Position numbers and translations under genes: made by a program | Part shown: positions 46,715 to 55,227 of the stretch, piece by piece | How positions within the stretch are numbered: position 1 is the first letter of the stretch | Layout of the letters: each line of letters starts with the position of its first letter | Notes under the pieces: generated by a model | Seen by the model: the letters and a program-made list of their open reading frames with translations, nothing else | Databases searched by the model: none | What the model was told of the DNA's origin: nothing | From: Escherichia phage Ge15 | Length of the DNA stretch: 64,000 bases | Direction: 5' to 3' (one strand) | Sequence record: PP359696.1

Positions 46715-47008
46715 ATGAAAAAATTTATCTTTGCTACAATTTTTGCTTTAGCTTCTTGTGCTGCTCAGCCTGCTATGGCAGGTTATGATAAAGATTTGTG
46801 CGAATGGTCTATGACTGCTGATCAGACTGAGGTTGAAACTCAAATTGAAGCGGATATTATGAATATTGTTGAGCGCGATCGTCCTGAAATGAAAGCTGAA
46901 GTGCAAAAACAGCTTAAGTCTGGTGGTGTAATGCAGTATAATTATGTTCTGTATTGCGATAAAAACTTTAATAACAAAAATATCATCGCTGAAGTGGTAG
47001 GTGAATAA
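46715..47008 (+). CDS. sp: Spackle-like periplasmic protein (putative)
   Basis: 97 aa with cleavable signal peptide MKKFIFATIFALASCAAQPAMA; size/position match T4 sp (61.3); own early promoter. Confidence 0.55.
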   Translation: MKKFIFATIFALASCAAQPAMAGYDKDLCEWSMTADQTEVETQIEADIMNIVERDRPEMKAEVQKQLKSGGVMQYNYVLYCDKNFNNKNIIAEVVGE

Positions 47009-47634
47009 TGCTTTATCAAATGCACAAGTGCAAAGATACATACAAATATAAAGGTGCCCAGTGTTATATCATTAATCGTGAAAACGCGGGTCCAGGTCAT
47101 TCGCATCAATCACGGTTTGTATTCGTTAAAAACAATGAAATTATAGCAGTTGCTAATTACATGCTTGTGACTAATGATGTTAATCCGGTGCCTTTTACAT
47201 ATTATAATCTAATGGATTTGGCGTACGATTATAATTGGTTTAATCATGACACTTTGGCTCATATCGAAGGCGTAGGATTTGACATCTCTTATTCTAGTTA
47301 CTCGTTGTGTCCTATGAGCCGAGCTCATAAAGAGCCTGAATATTTTTCATTTCGTCGGCGTGTAGACTTTAAACGCAGTACAGAGTATGTCGGTGGAATA
47401 TTTGTTAAAGATAATCGAATTACTCGCATTATTTATCCTTTGGGCTGTGGTCAAAAAGATATTGATGTTGATTTAGACTTTACTGAAAACATCATTAATC
47501 ATATTGCTTCTGTGTATTTTGATATTGATCACAAAATTGTGATATGTGGATATGAATTACCATCAGAAAAACAGTCTAAAGTAAATGTTTCTATTGATGA
47601 CCAAATTTTTAATGCTTTTATGAATAAAGGTTAA
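47008..47634 (+). CDS. Hypothetical protein (61.2 position)
   Basis: 208 aa; C-terminal tail SIDDQIFNAFMNKG shared with next ORF. Confidence 0.5.
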   Translation: MLYQMHKCKDTYKYKGAQCYIINRENAGPGHSHQSRFVFVKNNEIIAVANYMLVTNDVNPVPFTYYNLMDLAYDYNWFNHDTLAHIEGVGFDISYSSYSLCPMSRAHKEPEYFSFRRRVDFKRSTEYVGGIFVKDNRITRIIYPLGCGQKDIDVDLDFTENIINHIASVYFDIDHKIVICGYELPSEKQSKVNVSIDDQIFNAFMNKG

Positions 47635-47635
47635 T

Positions 47636-47992
47636 ATGTATAGTTCTGAATTTTCATATTTAAAAATGGAAAAAATTTCATACGATTTTATAGATGAAAA
47701 GGTTTATTACAGTTTCCATGAACCACGTTTTAATAGTGAGGTTGGGTTTATTGTAGTAAAAGACAATTTCATTTTAAAGATATATTCAGCATTAAAGGAT
47801 TTTCACTACGAAAATATTAACCTAAAATTTGATAAAGAAAACGTTCGTAATTGTGCAGTAACAATTACAGGAAATAAAGGCACATGTGTTATGCTATCTG
47901 ATGAAATTAATGATTTGCTAAATGATGCCGAAAAGGTTGCTATTCCATCTATTGATGACCAAATTTTTAATGCTTTTATGAATAGAGGTTAA
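47636..47992 (+). CDS. Hypothetical protein (61.1 position)
   Basis: 118 aa; C-terminal tail SIDDQIFNAFMNRG duplicated from upstream ORF. Confidence 0.5.
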   Translation: MYSSEFSYLKMEKISYDFIDEKVYYSFHEPRFNSEVGFIVVKDNFILKIYSALKDFHYENINLKFDKENVRNCAVTITGNKGTCVMLSDEINDLLNDAEKVAIPSIDDQIFNAFMNRG

Positions 47993-47993
47993 T

Positions 47994-48158
47994 ATGAAAA
48001 CATATAAAGAATTTATTAAAGAAGATATGGTAGCTGGAGATTCAGGTGGTAATCCTGAAAATATCTCTACTGGAACAACGTCAGGTGCTGTAGTAAATAA
48101 AGGTCCTGAACAGATTCCTAAAAAGAAAAAAGAGGAATCTAAAGAAAAAGAAGAGTAA
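47994..48158 (+). CDS. Small capsid-targeting-sequence (CTS) protein, candidate internal protein
   Basis: 54-aa ORF not in track; N-terminus MKTYKEFIKE matches ipII/ipIII CTS; Lys/Glu-rich C-terminus. Confidence 0.4.
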   Translation: MKTYKEFIKEDMVAGDSGGNPENISTGTTSGAVVNKGPEQIPKKKKEESKEKEE

Positions 48159-48160
48159 AA

Positions 48161-49189
48161 ATGTCATCAATACCTTGGATTGATAATGAGTTTGCATACC
48201 GTGCATTGGCTCATTTACCTAAATTCGCACAAGTAAATAATAGTTCAACTTTTAAATTACGGTTTAGATGCCCTGTTTGTGGAGATTCAAAAACCGACCA
48301 AAATAAAGCCCGTGGATGGTATTATGGTGATAATAATGAAGGAAATATTCATTGTTATAACTGTAACTATCATGCACCAATCGGAATATATTTAAAGGAG
48401 TTTGAACCTGATTTATATCGTGAGTATATCTTTGAAATAAGAAAAGAAAAAGGTAAAAGTCGTCCAGTAGAAAAACCTAAAGAACTTCCTAAACAACCCG
48501 AGAAGAAAATAATTAAATCTCTTCCGTCATGTGTTAGATTAGATAAACTGACGGAAGACCATCCAATTATAAAATACATAAAAGCTCGCTGTATTCCAAA
48601 GGATAAATGGAAATATCTTTGGTTTACAACTGAATGGCCTAAATTAGTTAATAGCATAGCGCCGGGAACATATAAAAAGGAAATACCTGAGCCTCGTCTT
48701 GTTATTCCAATTTATAATGCTAATGGAAAAGCTGAGTCGTTTCAAGGACGTGCATTAAAGAAAGATGCTCCTCAAAAATATATCACCATCAAAGCTTATC
48801 CTGAAGCAACAAAAATCTATGGAGTCGAACGGGTTAAAGATGGTGATGTATATGTTCTAGAAGGACCTATAGATTCACTTTTTATTGAAAATGGTATAGC
48901 TATTACGGGTGGTCAATTAGACCTAGAAGTTGTTCCATTTAAAGATAGACGCGTGTGGGTTTTAGATAATGAACCTCGTCACCCTGACACTATTAAGCGA
49001 ATGACTAAATTAGTTGATGCAGGAGAAAGGGTTATGTTTTGGGACAAATCTCCCTGGAAATCAAAAGATGTTAATGATATGATTAGAAAGGAAGGTGCAA
49101 CCCCTGAACAAATTATGGAATATATGAAAAATAATATTGCGCAGGGGTTGATGGCTAAAATGCGGCTATCTAAATATGCTAAGATTTAA
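48161..49189 (+). CDS. 61: DNA primase gp61
   Basis: 342 aa; N-terminal zinc ribbon CPVCGDS...CYNCNYH, Toprim-like C-terminal region. Confidence 0.93.
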   Translation: MSSIPWIDNEFAYRALAHLPKFAQVNNSSTFKLRFRCPVCGDSKTDQNKARGWYYGDNNEGNIHCYNCNYHAPIGIYLKEFEPDLYREYIFEIRKEKGKSRPVEKPKELPKQPEKKIIKSLPSCVRLDKLTEDHPIIKYIKARCIPKDKWKYLWFTTEWPKLVNSIAPGTYKKEIPEPRLVIPIYNANGKAESFQGRALKKDAPQKYITIKAYPEATKIYGVERVKDGDVYVLEGPIDSLFIENGIAITGGQLDLEVVPFKDRRVWVLDNEPRHPDTIKRMTKLVDAGERVMFWDKSPWKSKDVNDMIRKEGATPEQIMEYMKNNIAQGLMAKMRLSKYAKI

Positions 49190-49386
49190 ATTAACCCAAC
49201 TAAAGCAAATGCTAAATCTACGAATGTATCAAGAGTAATTACTGGAATATTAACACCATGAGCAATAGCAATTGGTGATAAAACAAAATTCCAGAGTAAA
49301 ATTCCTACCATAGCAGAAATAGTAAAAGCTATACGTTTTTTATTACCTTTTATGGCATTAACAAGTGCCATTAATTTTTGTACCAT
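49186..49386 (-). CDS. Hypothetical small membrane protein (reverse strand)
   Basis: 66 aa, two hydrophobic helices; GGAGGA RBS 4 nt upstream of ATG on minus strand; lies in the 61-56 intergenic space rather than inside a + strand gene. Confidence 0.4.
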   Translation of the reverse strand: MVQKLMALVNAIKGNKKRIAFTISAMVGILLWNFVLSPIAIAHGVNIPVITLDTFVDLAFALVGLI

Positions 49387-49399
49387 ATGTCCTCCTTAT

Positions 49400-49423
49400 T
49401 GCTTTATATATTTATTGTATAAT
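49400..49423 (+). promoter_or_regulatory. MotA-dependent middle promoter upstream of gene 56
   Basis: Mot box TATTGCTTTA, 11-nt spacer, TATAAT. Confidence 0.55.
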
Positions 49424-49457
49424 TAATCTACTAACCCATGAATTGAAAGGAAAAATA

Positions 49458-49976
49458 ATGGCATACTTTAATGAATGTTCACAACTGATCGAAGGCGCTG
49501 ATAAAGCTCAAAATGAATACTGGGATATTCTCGGTGATGAAAAAGACCCACTACAGGTTATGCTTGATATGCAGAAATCTTTGCAGGTTCGTTTAGCTAA
49601 AGATAAACCTGAATATAACCGTCATCCTGATGATTTGGCTACTGCAGGCGAAGTTGTTGATTGGCTGCGTAATCAAAAAGATTATATTGACGATGAATTC
49701 CGTGAACTTCTGACTTCTCTTGGCGGCATGAGCAATGGTGAAAAAGATGCATCTGCTGTATGGAAGCCTTGGAAAGCTCAACATGGTGAACGCCGTGAAA
49801 CTCTAATTACTGATTTGTCTCCGCAAGATCAGTTGGAAATTAAATTCGAAATGATTGATATTCTTCATTTCGTTCTGAACATGTTCCAAGGTCTTGGTCT
49901 TACGGCTGAAGAAATCTTTAAACTTTATTATCTGAAAAATGCTGAAAACTTCGCTCGTCAAGACCGAGGTTATTGA
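49458..49976 (+). CDS. 56: dCTPase/dUTPase gp56 (dCTP pyrophosphatase)
   Basis: 172 aa from ATG 49458; MotA-box middle promoter upstream; MazG-like all-alpha NTP pyrophosphatase features; position after 61. Confidence 0.85.
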   Translation: MAYFNECSQLIEGADKAQNEYWDILGDEKDPLQVMLDMQKSLQVRLAKDKPEYNRHPDDLATAGEVVDWLRNQKDYIDDEFRELLTSLGGMSNGEKDASAVWKPWKAQHGERRETLITDLSPQDQLEIKFEMIDILHFVLNMFQGLGLTAEEIFKLYYLKNAENFARQDRGY

Positions 49977-50176
49977 TGGCTCGTTTAAATAAACGCCAGC
50001 TTAAGAAAGCCCGCAAGAAACGTATTGACCAGCTATTTAAAAATTATGATAAGGAGCTCGTATGTGAGCTCTTATCTAATCAGCTTCGTGTGGTTGATTG
50101 GGTTGTAGAAGAAGGTCCTGATGAAATTTTTGTCAGCGAAGAAGCCTTAAAATTAATTATAGAACATTCAAAATGA
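49973..50176 (+). CDS. Hypothetical basic protein
   Basis: 67 aa, N-terminal KRQLKKARKKR. Confidence 0.4.
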   Translation: MMARLNKRQLKKARKKRIDQLFKNYDKELVCELLSNQLRVVDWVVEEGPDEIFVSEEALKLIIEHSK

Positions 50177-50346
50177 AAATATCCAAAGAAGAATTTATTA
50201 GACGTCAAAAAGCTTTAATTAATTTATACGAGTGGTATGCTTATCAGCTTAAAGTAGATAGCTCTAATATAAATGCTGTAATGGCTTTATATAAACAAAT
50301 TCAAGATGAACACGAATTCCTGGCACAAGTTTTCATTGAAGACTGA
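50173..50346 (+). CDS. Hypothetical small protein
   Basis: 57-aa ORF not in track; ends immediately before soc late promoter. Confidence 0.3.
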   Translation: MKISKEEFIRRQKALINLYEWYAYQLKVDSSNINAVMALYKQIQDEHEFLAQVFIED

Positions 50347-50354
50347 TATAAATA
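50347..50354 (+). promoter_or_regulatory. T4 late promoter of soc
   Basis: Exact TATAAATA about 30 nt upstream of soc ATG. Confidence 0.8.
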
Positions 50355-50385
50355 CACCTGTAATTAAACAATAAAGGAGTTTATT

Positions 50386-50622
50386 ATGGGTGGTTTCGTT
50401 AACATCAAGACCTTTACTCATCCAGCAGGTGAAGGCAAAGAAGTTAAAGGTATGGAAGTTTCTGTAGCATTTGATGTATATTCAAATGAACACCGTATTG
50501 CAGATTCTCATTATCAAATCTTTCCGTCAGAAAAAGCAGCTTATTCTGATGTAGTTTCCGATGCAGCAACTTGGAAAACTAAGAATGCTGCAATGTTTAC
50601 ACCTACAGAAATAGGTGGTTAA
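50386..50622 (+). CDS. soc: Small outer capsid protein Soc
   Basis: 78 aa; VNIKTF...SVAF...FPSEKAAYS matches T4 Soc as recalled; TATAAATA late promoter and AAAGGAG RBS; terminator downstream. Confidence 0.85.
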   Translation: MGGFVNIKTFTHPAGEGKEVKGMEVSVAFDVYSNEHRIADSHYQIFPSEKAAYSDVVSDAATWKTKNAAMFTPTEIGG

Positions 50623-50628
50623 TAATTC

Positions 50629-50656
50629 AAGGACTCCCTAGGGAGTCCTTTTTTCA
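50629..50656 (+). terminator. Intrinsic terminator after soc
   Basis: GGACTCCC-TA-GGGAGTCC + TTTTTT. Confidence 0.8.
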
Positions 50657-50662
50657 TTTTAC

Positions 50663-50697
50663 CGGTTTACTTTCCAAAATGAGTATGGTATAATAGA
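50663..50697 (+). promoter_or_regulatory. T4-type early promoter
   Basis: CGGTTTAC ... TATGGTATAAT. Confidence 0.7.
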
Positions 50698-50720
50698 ATT
50701 ATCTTATAGAGGAGAGCACT

Positions 50721-50927
50721 ATGTTAAATCGTTGGATTAAACCAAATGAAGATTTAGATATTATCATTTCACGGCATGTAATGAAGAAATATGAACTACA
50801 GCCATGGTCTACAGAAGTTGTTGTGCATTCATTTATGATGTACGCAGATGGTTCTGTCGAATTTAATGCAGAGATTCGGTATGATTATGGTGAGAAGCAA
50901 GTCGAATTCAAAAGAGGCTTTTTGTAA
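50721..50927 (+). CDS. Hypothetical protein
   Basis: 68 aa after early promoter, GAGGAG RBS. Confidence 0.4.
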   Translation: MLNRWIKPNEDLDIIISRHVMKKYELQPWSTEVVVHSFMMYADGSVEFNAEIRYDYGEKQVEFKRGFL

Positions 50928-51268
50928 TGTTTATCTTTAATTGGTTTAAAAGTTTCTTTACGGATTTTTTCTCTACGACTCCTGGGGAAGGTGTAGTTCC
51001 TATTTCAAATGACTACCTTCCTTTAACTGTAGTTGAATATGTTTATATGGGAGATGGAACAGTAGAAGCAGTTACTATGACTTATGAAGAAGCCCAAGAA
51101 TATTATAAAAATCCTTGGCGCTGGTCAACACCTACTACATCATCTAACACACAGAATACACAGTCTAGTTCTGATTCATATGATACAAATGTTCCTGTTC
51201 ACGTATGGGCAGGTGATTCATGTGGAAGTTCTTGTGATTCTAGTTGTTCATCTACATCTTGTGATTGA
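50927..51268 (+). CDS. Hypothetical protein with Ser/Cys-rich C-terminal tail
   Basis: 113 aa; C-terminus [18 protein letters not shown]. Confidence 0.45.
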   Translation: MFIFNWFKSFFTDFFSTTPGEGVVPISNDYLPLTVVEYVYMGDGTVEAVTMTYEEAQEYYKNPWRWSTPTTSSNTQNTQSSSDSYDTNVPVHVWAGDSCGSSCDSSCSSTSCD

Positions 51269-51762
51269 GGAAAATTATGGAAGCAATTTTGTTTGAAATG
51301 TCTATCAATAGTATTAGTATGGCGTTTGTCAAGGATGTTCCAATTACCGTAGCAGTAATGATTGATAAAAGATATGACAATAACATGTATCTAGTAGAAG
51401 ATTTTATTTCAATGCCAGTTCCAGAAGATGTTGAAATAAAACTTAAAAAGATCGGAATTATTGAAACTGTACAAAATTCTCCATTTATGGCAATTCAAGC
51501 ATTTACTAAATCTAACTATATTGATGTTGCTGAAGCATATTATAATAATAAACCATTATCCTTCTATTCATATGATTCAATACATGATTGGAAAATAGAT
51601 AAAGGAAATAAATTTATAATTACAGACGAAAGTGCGCTATCATATTTTATTACCTCTTTATGGAATAATTTAAATCCAAATTTGCTAAAAATTCATAAAT
51701 TTGACGATGCTCCTACTGTCGTTTTAGGTAAAACAAATGAAAGTTCTGAAGAAAATACTTGA
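51265..51762 (+). CDS. Hypothetical protein
   Basis: 165 aa. Confidence 0.45.
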   Translation: MRKIMEAILFEMSINSISMAFVKDVPITVAVMIDKRYDNNMYLVEDFISMPVPEDVEIKLKKIGIIETVQNSPFMAIQAFTKSNYIDVAEAYYNNKPLSFYSYDSIHDWKIDKGNKFIITDESALSYFITSLWNNLNPNLLKIHKFDDAPTVVLGKTNESSEENT

Positions 51763-51940
51763 ATGGTTTAGTAGACCAAACTCAATGTACATTGATGATG
51801 GTTGGGTTGAACAAGCAAATAAAGAAATGCAGAACGAATCGGAAGAATGGATGAAATCAATGATTAGTGCTGAGAAAGAAAAGAAATTAGAACGCTCAGC
51901 GCTTAAATTGATGAGAGACATCTATGGTGATAAATCATGA
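51737..51940 (+). CDS. Hypothetical protein
   Basis: 67 aa, overlaps upstream ORF by 26 nt. Confidence 0.4.
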   Translation: MKVLKKILEWFSRPNSMYIDDGWVEQANKEMQNESEEWMKSMISAEKEKKLERSALKLMRDIYGDKS

Positions 51941-52101
51941 ACAAAGATATGACGCTGGAAGAGGCTAAAGCAAAAGCAAATGAAGCCTTAGATTTGCTTC
52001 TTAAAATTGGCAGTAAAATGATGGAAGAAAATGAGAAATATATCCAGGAAAACAAAATTCCTGACGGCCCATTAGTAGGCAAGAGGAAATCACATGATTG
52101 A
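51937..52101 (+). CDS. Hypothetical small protein
   Basis: 54-aa ORF not in track; ATGA overlaps at both ends. Confidence 0.3.
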   Translation: MNKDMTLEEAKAKANEALDLLLKIGSKMMEENEKYIQENKIPDGPLVGKRKSHD

Positions 52102-52564
52102 AGTAGCAAAACATTATTCAATAGAATTTATGTCCAAAGAAGGTAAATCAGTAAATACACTTGATAAAAAATGCTCGTTAATTATTCCTTTAGCAGAAAA
52201 TCCGGATATTTTAATTAAAGATATAAAAGAAAGAAAATATCCAGAAAATGTTATTCTAATTATAAAGCATACTGAAGATATTTTGCAGAATACTGATTCA
52301 CCATTTTCTTCTTCTGAAGCTTTAACTATTAAAGGCTATAAAAGAGCTCATGAATATGGTCTTTTTGACCTGTTTGAAGACGATAAAGTTAAATTAGTTA
52401 GTCAACCTTCTAAAAGTAAAACATTCATTATTGAAGATATTAAAGATATAAATGCATTTGTTAAGATGGTCTGGGCTCATTTTGATGTTGGACTACGCTG
52501 GAGAATGTCCGAAGAAGAAAGAAAGATTATTGAAGCTAATCGTCAATTTGGTTTTTATCGCTAG
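52094..52564 (+). CDS. Hypothetical protein
   Basis: 156 aa. Confidence 0.45.
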   Translation: MIEVAKHYSIEFMSKEGKSVNTLDKKCSLIIPLAENPDILIKDIKERKYPENVILIIKHTEDILQNTDSPFSSSEALTIKGYKRAHEYGLFDLFEDDKVKLVSQPSKSKTFIIEDIKDINAFVKMVWAHFDVGLRWRMSEEERKIIEANRQFGFYR

Positions 52565-52572
52565 GAATTAAT

Positions 52573-52755
52573 ATGGATTTATTTGAGATGTTAGAAGATA
52601 ATCATTCTACGAATATCCAGAATGATTCTAGTGATTATAAGAAAGAGTACCGTATAGTATTACAGAATTATGGAATTGAAGCCCCAGATGCTCTTCTAGA
52701 AGAACTAGCTTCATACCATCTTGACCCTCCGCCTTGGGCTCCCTGGGCAAAATAA
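52573..52755 (+). CDS. Hypothetical acidic protein
   Basis: 60 aa. Confidence 0.4.
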   Translation: MDLFEMLEDNHSTNIQNDSSDYKKEYRIVLQNYGIEAPDALLEELASYHLDPPPWAPWAK

Positions 52756-52763
52756 TTCAAAAA

Positions 52764-52798
52764 GTTGTTTACTTTCCTTCCTAACAATGATATGATAG
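52764..52798 (+). promoter_or_regulatory. T4-type early promoter upstream of modB
   Basis: GTTGTTTAC ... TGATATGATAG. Confidence 0.6.
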
Positions 52799-52822
52799 CT
52801 TCTGAAGTATATGGAGGCTATC

Positions 52823-53446
52823 ATGATTATTAATCTTGCAGATGTTGAACAGTTATCTATAAAAGCTGAAAGCGTCGATTTTCAATATGATATGTATAAA
52901 AAGGTCTGTGAAAAATTTACGGACTTTGAACAGTCAGTTCTTTGGCAATGTATGGAAGCCAAAAAGAATGAAGCTCTTCATCGGCAGTTGAATAAAATCG
53001 TTAAAAATCATTTAACTAAATCACCTTATCAGCTATATCGTGGTATATCAAAATCGACAAAAGAACTTATTAAAGATTTACAAGTTGGAGAAGTGTTTTC
53101 AACGAACAGGGTAGATTCATTTACTACTAGTTTGCATACAGCATGCGGTTTTTCTTATGTTGAATATTCCACTGAAATAATATTTCGCTTAAAAACTGAT
53201 AAAGCTTTTAATTATTCTGACCATATCAGCGATATTATACTTTCTTCTCCTAATACTGAGTTTAAGTATACATATGAAGATACTGATGGATTAGATTCAG
53301 AACGTACTGATAACTTAATGATGATTGTACGTGAACAAGAATGGATGATTCCAATTGGAAAGTATAAAATAACTTCTATTTCAAAAGAAAAATTACACGA
53401 TTCGTTTGGAACATTTAAAGTGTATGATATTGAGGTAGTTGAATGA
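52823..53446 (+). CDS. modB: ADP-ribosyltransferase ModB (putative)
   Basis: 207 aa from ATG 52823; R-S-ExE type ART motifs (YRGIS, FTTS, EQEWMIP); adjacent paralog; position before srd/dda. Confidence 0.6.
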   Translation: MIINLADVEQLSIKAESVDFQYDMYKKVCEKFTDFEQSVLWQCMEAKKNEALHRQLNKIVKNHLTKSPYQLYRGISKSTKELIKDLQVGEVFSTNRVDSFTTSLHTACGFSYVEYSTEIIFRLKTDKAFNYSDHISDIILSSPNTEFKYTYEDTDGLDSERTDNLMMIVREQEWMIPIGKYKITSISKEKLHDSFGTFKVYDIEVVE

Positions 53447-54045
53447 AATATTCAGCAATGCAATTAAAAGATTTTAAAATCAAATCAATGGATGCATCGG
53501 TGCGTGCTTCTATTCGTGAAGAATTACTTTCTGAAGGATTTAATTTATCCGAAATTGAACTTTTAATTCATTGTATTACTAATAAACCAGACGATCATTC
53601 TTGGTTAAATGAAATAATCAAATCTCGTTTGGTTCCAAACGATAAACCTCTTTGGAGAGGTGTTCCAGTTGAGACTAAGCAGGTGTTAAATCAAGGAATT
53701 GATATTATTACATTTGATAAAGTAGTATCAGCTTCATATGATAAAAATATAGCTCTACATTTTGCTTCTGGATTAGAATACAACACACAAGTTATTTTTG
53801 AATTCAAAGCTCCTATGGTGTTTAATTTCCAGGAGTATGCTATAAAAGCTCTACGCTGTAAAGAATATAGTCCAAGTTTTAAGTTTCCAGATAGCCATCG
53901 TTATCGCAATATGGAATTAGTTTCAGATGAACAAGAAGTAATGATACCAGCTGGAAGTGTATTTAAAATTGCAGATAGATATGAGTACAAAAAGTATTCA
54001 ACATACACTATCTATACTCTTGATTTTGAAGGATTTAATCTATAA
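53443..54045 (+). CDS. modA: ADP-ribosyltransferase ModA (putative)
   Basis: 200 aa; ART motifs (LWRGV, SASY, EQEVMIP). Confidence 0.6.
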   Translation: MKYSAMQLKDFKIKSMDASVRASIREELLSEGFNLSEIELLIHCITNKPDDHSWLNEIIKSRLVPNDKPLWRGVPVETKQVLNQGIDIITFDKVVSASYDKNIALHFASGLEYNTQVIFEFKAPMVFNFQEYAIKALRCKEYSPSFKFPDSHRYRNMELVSDEQEVMIPAGSVFKIADRYEYKKYSTYTIYTLDFEGFNL

Positions 54046-54099
54046 TGGAAGGACTTAGATTCATTATACCATGAAATTTTTAAAGCATTTTTACATAAA

Positions 54100-54138
54100 G
54101 TTGTTTACAAGTTAAAGTAAAAATGTTATAGTATAGTA
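54100..54138 (+). promoter_or_regulatory. T4-type early promoter upstream of srd-like ORF
   Basis: GTTGTTTAC ... TGTTATAGTATAG. Confidence 0.65.
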
Positions 54139-54167
54139 GTCAATCGTCCGTAAGATGTGAGAAAAAT

Positions 54168-54914
54168 ATGAAACTGTCTAATAATCAAATTCGTAAAATT
54201 AAACGTCGTTTAGAGCATACTCAGGCATCTGCAAAAAGACGTTCTAAAGATTTTAACTTAGACTTCAATTACATTAAGAACATTTTAGATCAGAAAGTTT
54301 GCGCTTACTCGGGAGAACCTTTTGATAATCGTATTGAAGGAGAGAAATTATCATTAGAACGTTTTGATAATAACATTGGATACATTAAAGGGAATGTTAT
54401 TGCAGTAAAGAAAAAGTATAATACATTTCGTTCTGATTATACTTTAGAAGAGTTGATTGAAAAACGGGATTTATTTGCTTTGCGAATTGGTCGTTCATCT
54501 GCGAAAAAAGTTCATAAACTAAATTTAGATGAAAAGAAATGGGCTAAAATCAAAAAGACTTATAATCAAATTAAAGCTATACAGAAAAAACGTGAAAACC
54601 GAATTGAGCACATTTCTCAGCTTTCTAAATCAAAACAGACCTCTGACATTAAGCTAAGGATTATAGCACTTAAAGCTCGTATTGATGGTTCTCGCATAGC
54701 AGAAGGCGCTGAAGTTGTTAAACTGAACGTTCTTCTTAAAGGCTCGGATTGGAAAACTGTGAAAAAGTTGTCAGAAGCAGAAATGCAATATGATATGTGT
54801 GATAAAATTATTCAAGGTGTAGAGCGGTATCAAAACTTGTCTTTTATTGATAAACTTAAACTGAAAAGAGGATATCCGCTGAATTGTTCAATTTTTAAAC
54901 TTATCCGAGGATAA
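54168..54914 (+). CDS. srd: Srd-like protein (putative sigma-factor-related early protein)
   Basis: 248-aa basic protein between modA and dda, own early promoter; assignment by size/position only. Confidence 0.45.
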   Translation: MKLSNNQIRKIKRRLEHTQASAKRRSKDFNLDFNYIKNILDQKVCAYSGEPFDNRIEGEKLSLERFDNNIGYIKGNVIAVKKKYNTFRSDYTLEELIEKRDLFALRIGRSSAKKVHKLNLDEKKWAKIKKTYNQIKAIQKKRENRIEHISQLSKSKQTSDIKLRIIALKARIDGSRIAEGAEVVKLNVLLKGSDWKTVKKLSEAEMQYDMCDKIIQGVERYQNLSFIDKLKLKRGYPLNCSIFKLIRG

Positions 54915-54915
54915 T

Positions 54916-55227
54916 ATGGTTTATGTATATGCGATAGTTTACCGAGACAAAGACGGATTTACGGCGCCAGTTCCGCTTGATGAACATCGTCCTGCTGTAT
55001 TTTTTGAATGGAATATTGCTGATAAAGTATTTACTACTCTTAAAGAGCAGTATCGATTAGCTTTAGGTAAAGGAATTCCAAGATTAGTTGAGACTCCACG
55101 CAAGTTTTGGTTTAATAAAATAGAAGTTAAACATGTTAAGCCTGATGTAGACACACAAAGATTATATCGGCGAATTTTAGATACTGGGCGTATTGTTAGT
55201 ATACCAATTGCAGGGAATTTACGATGA
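54916..55227 (+). CDS. Hypothetical protein (dda.1 position)
   Basis: 103 aa. Confidence 0.45.
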   Translation: MVYVYAIVYRDKDGFTAPVPLDEHRPAVFFEWNIADKVFTTLKEQYRLALGKGIPRLVETPRKFWFNKIEVKHVKPDVDTQRLYRRILDTGRIVSIPIAGNLR

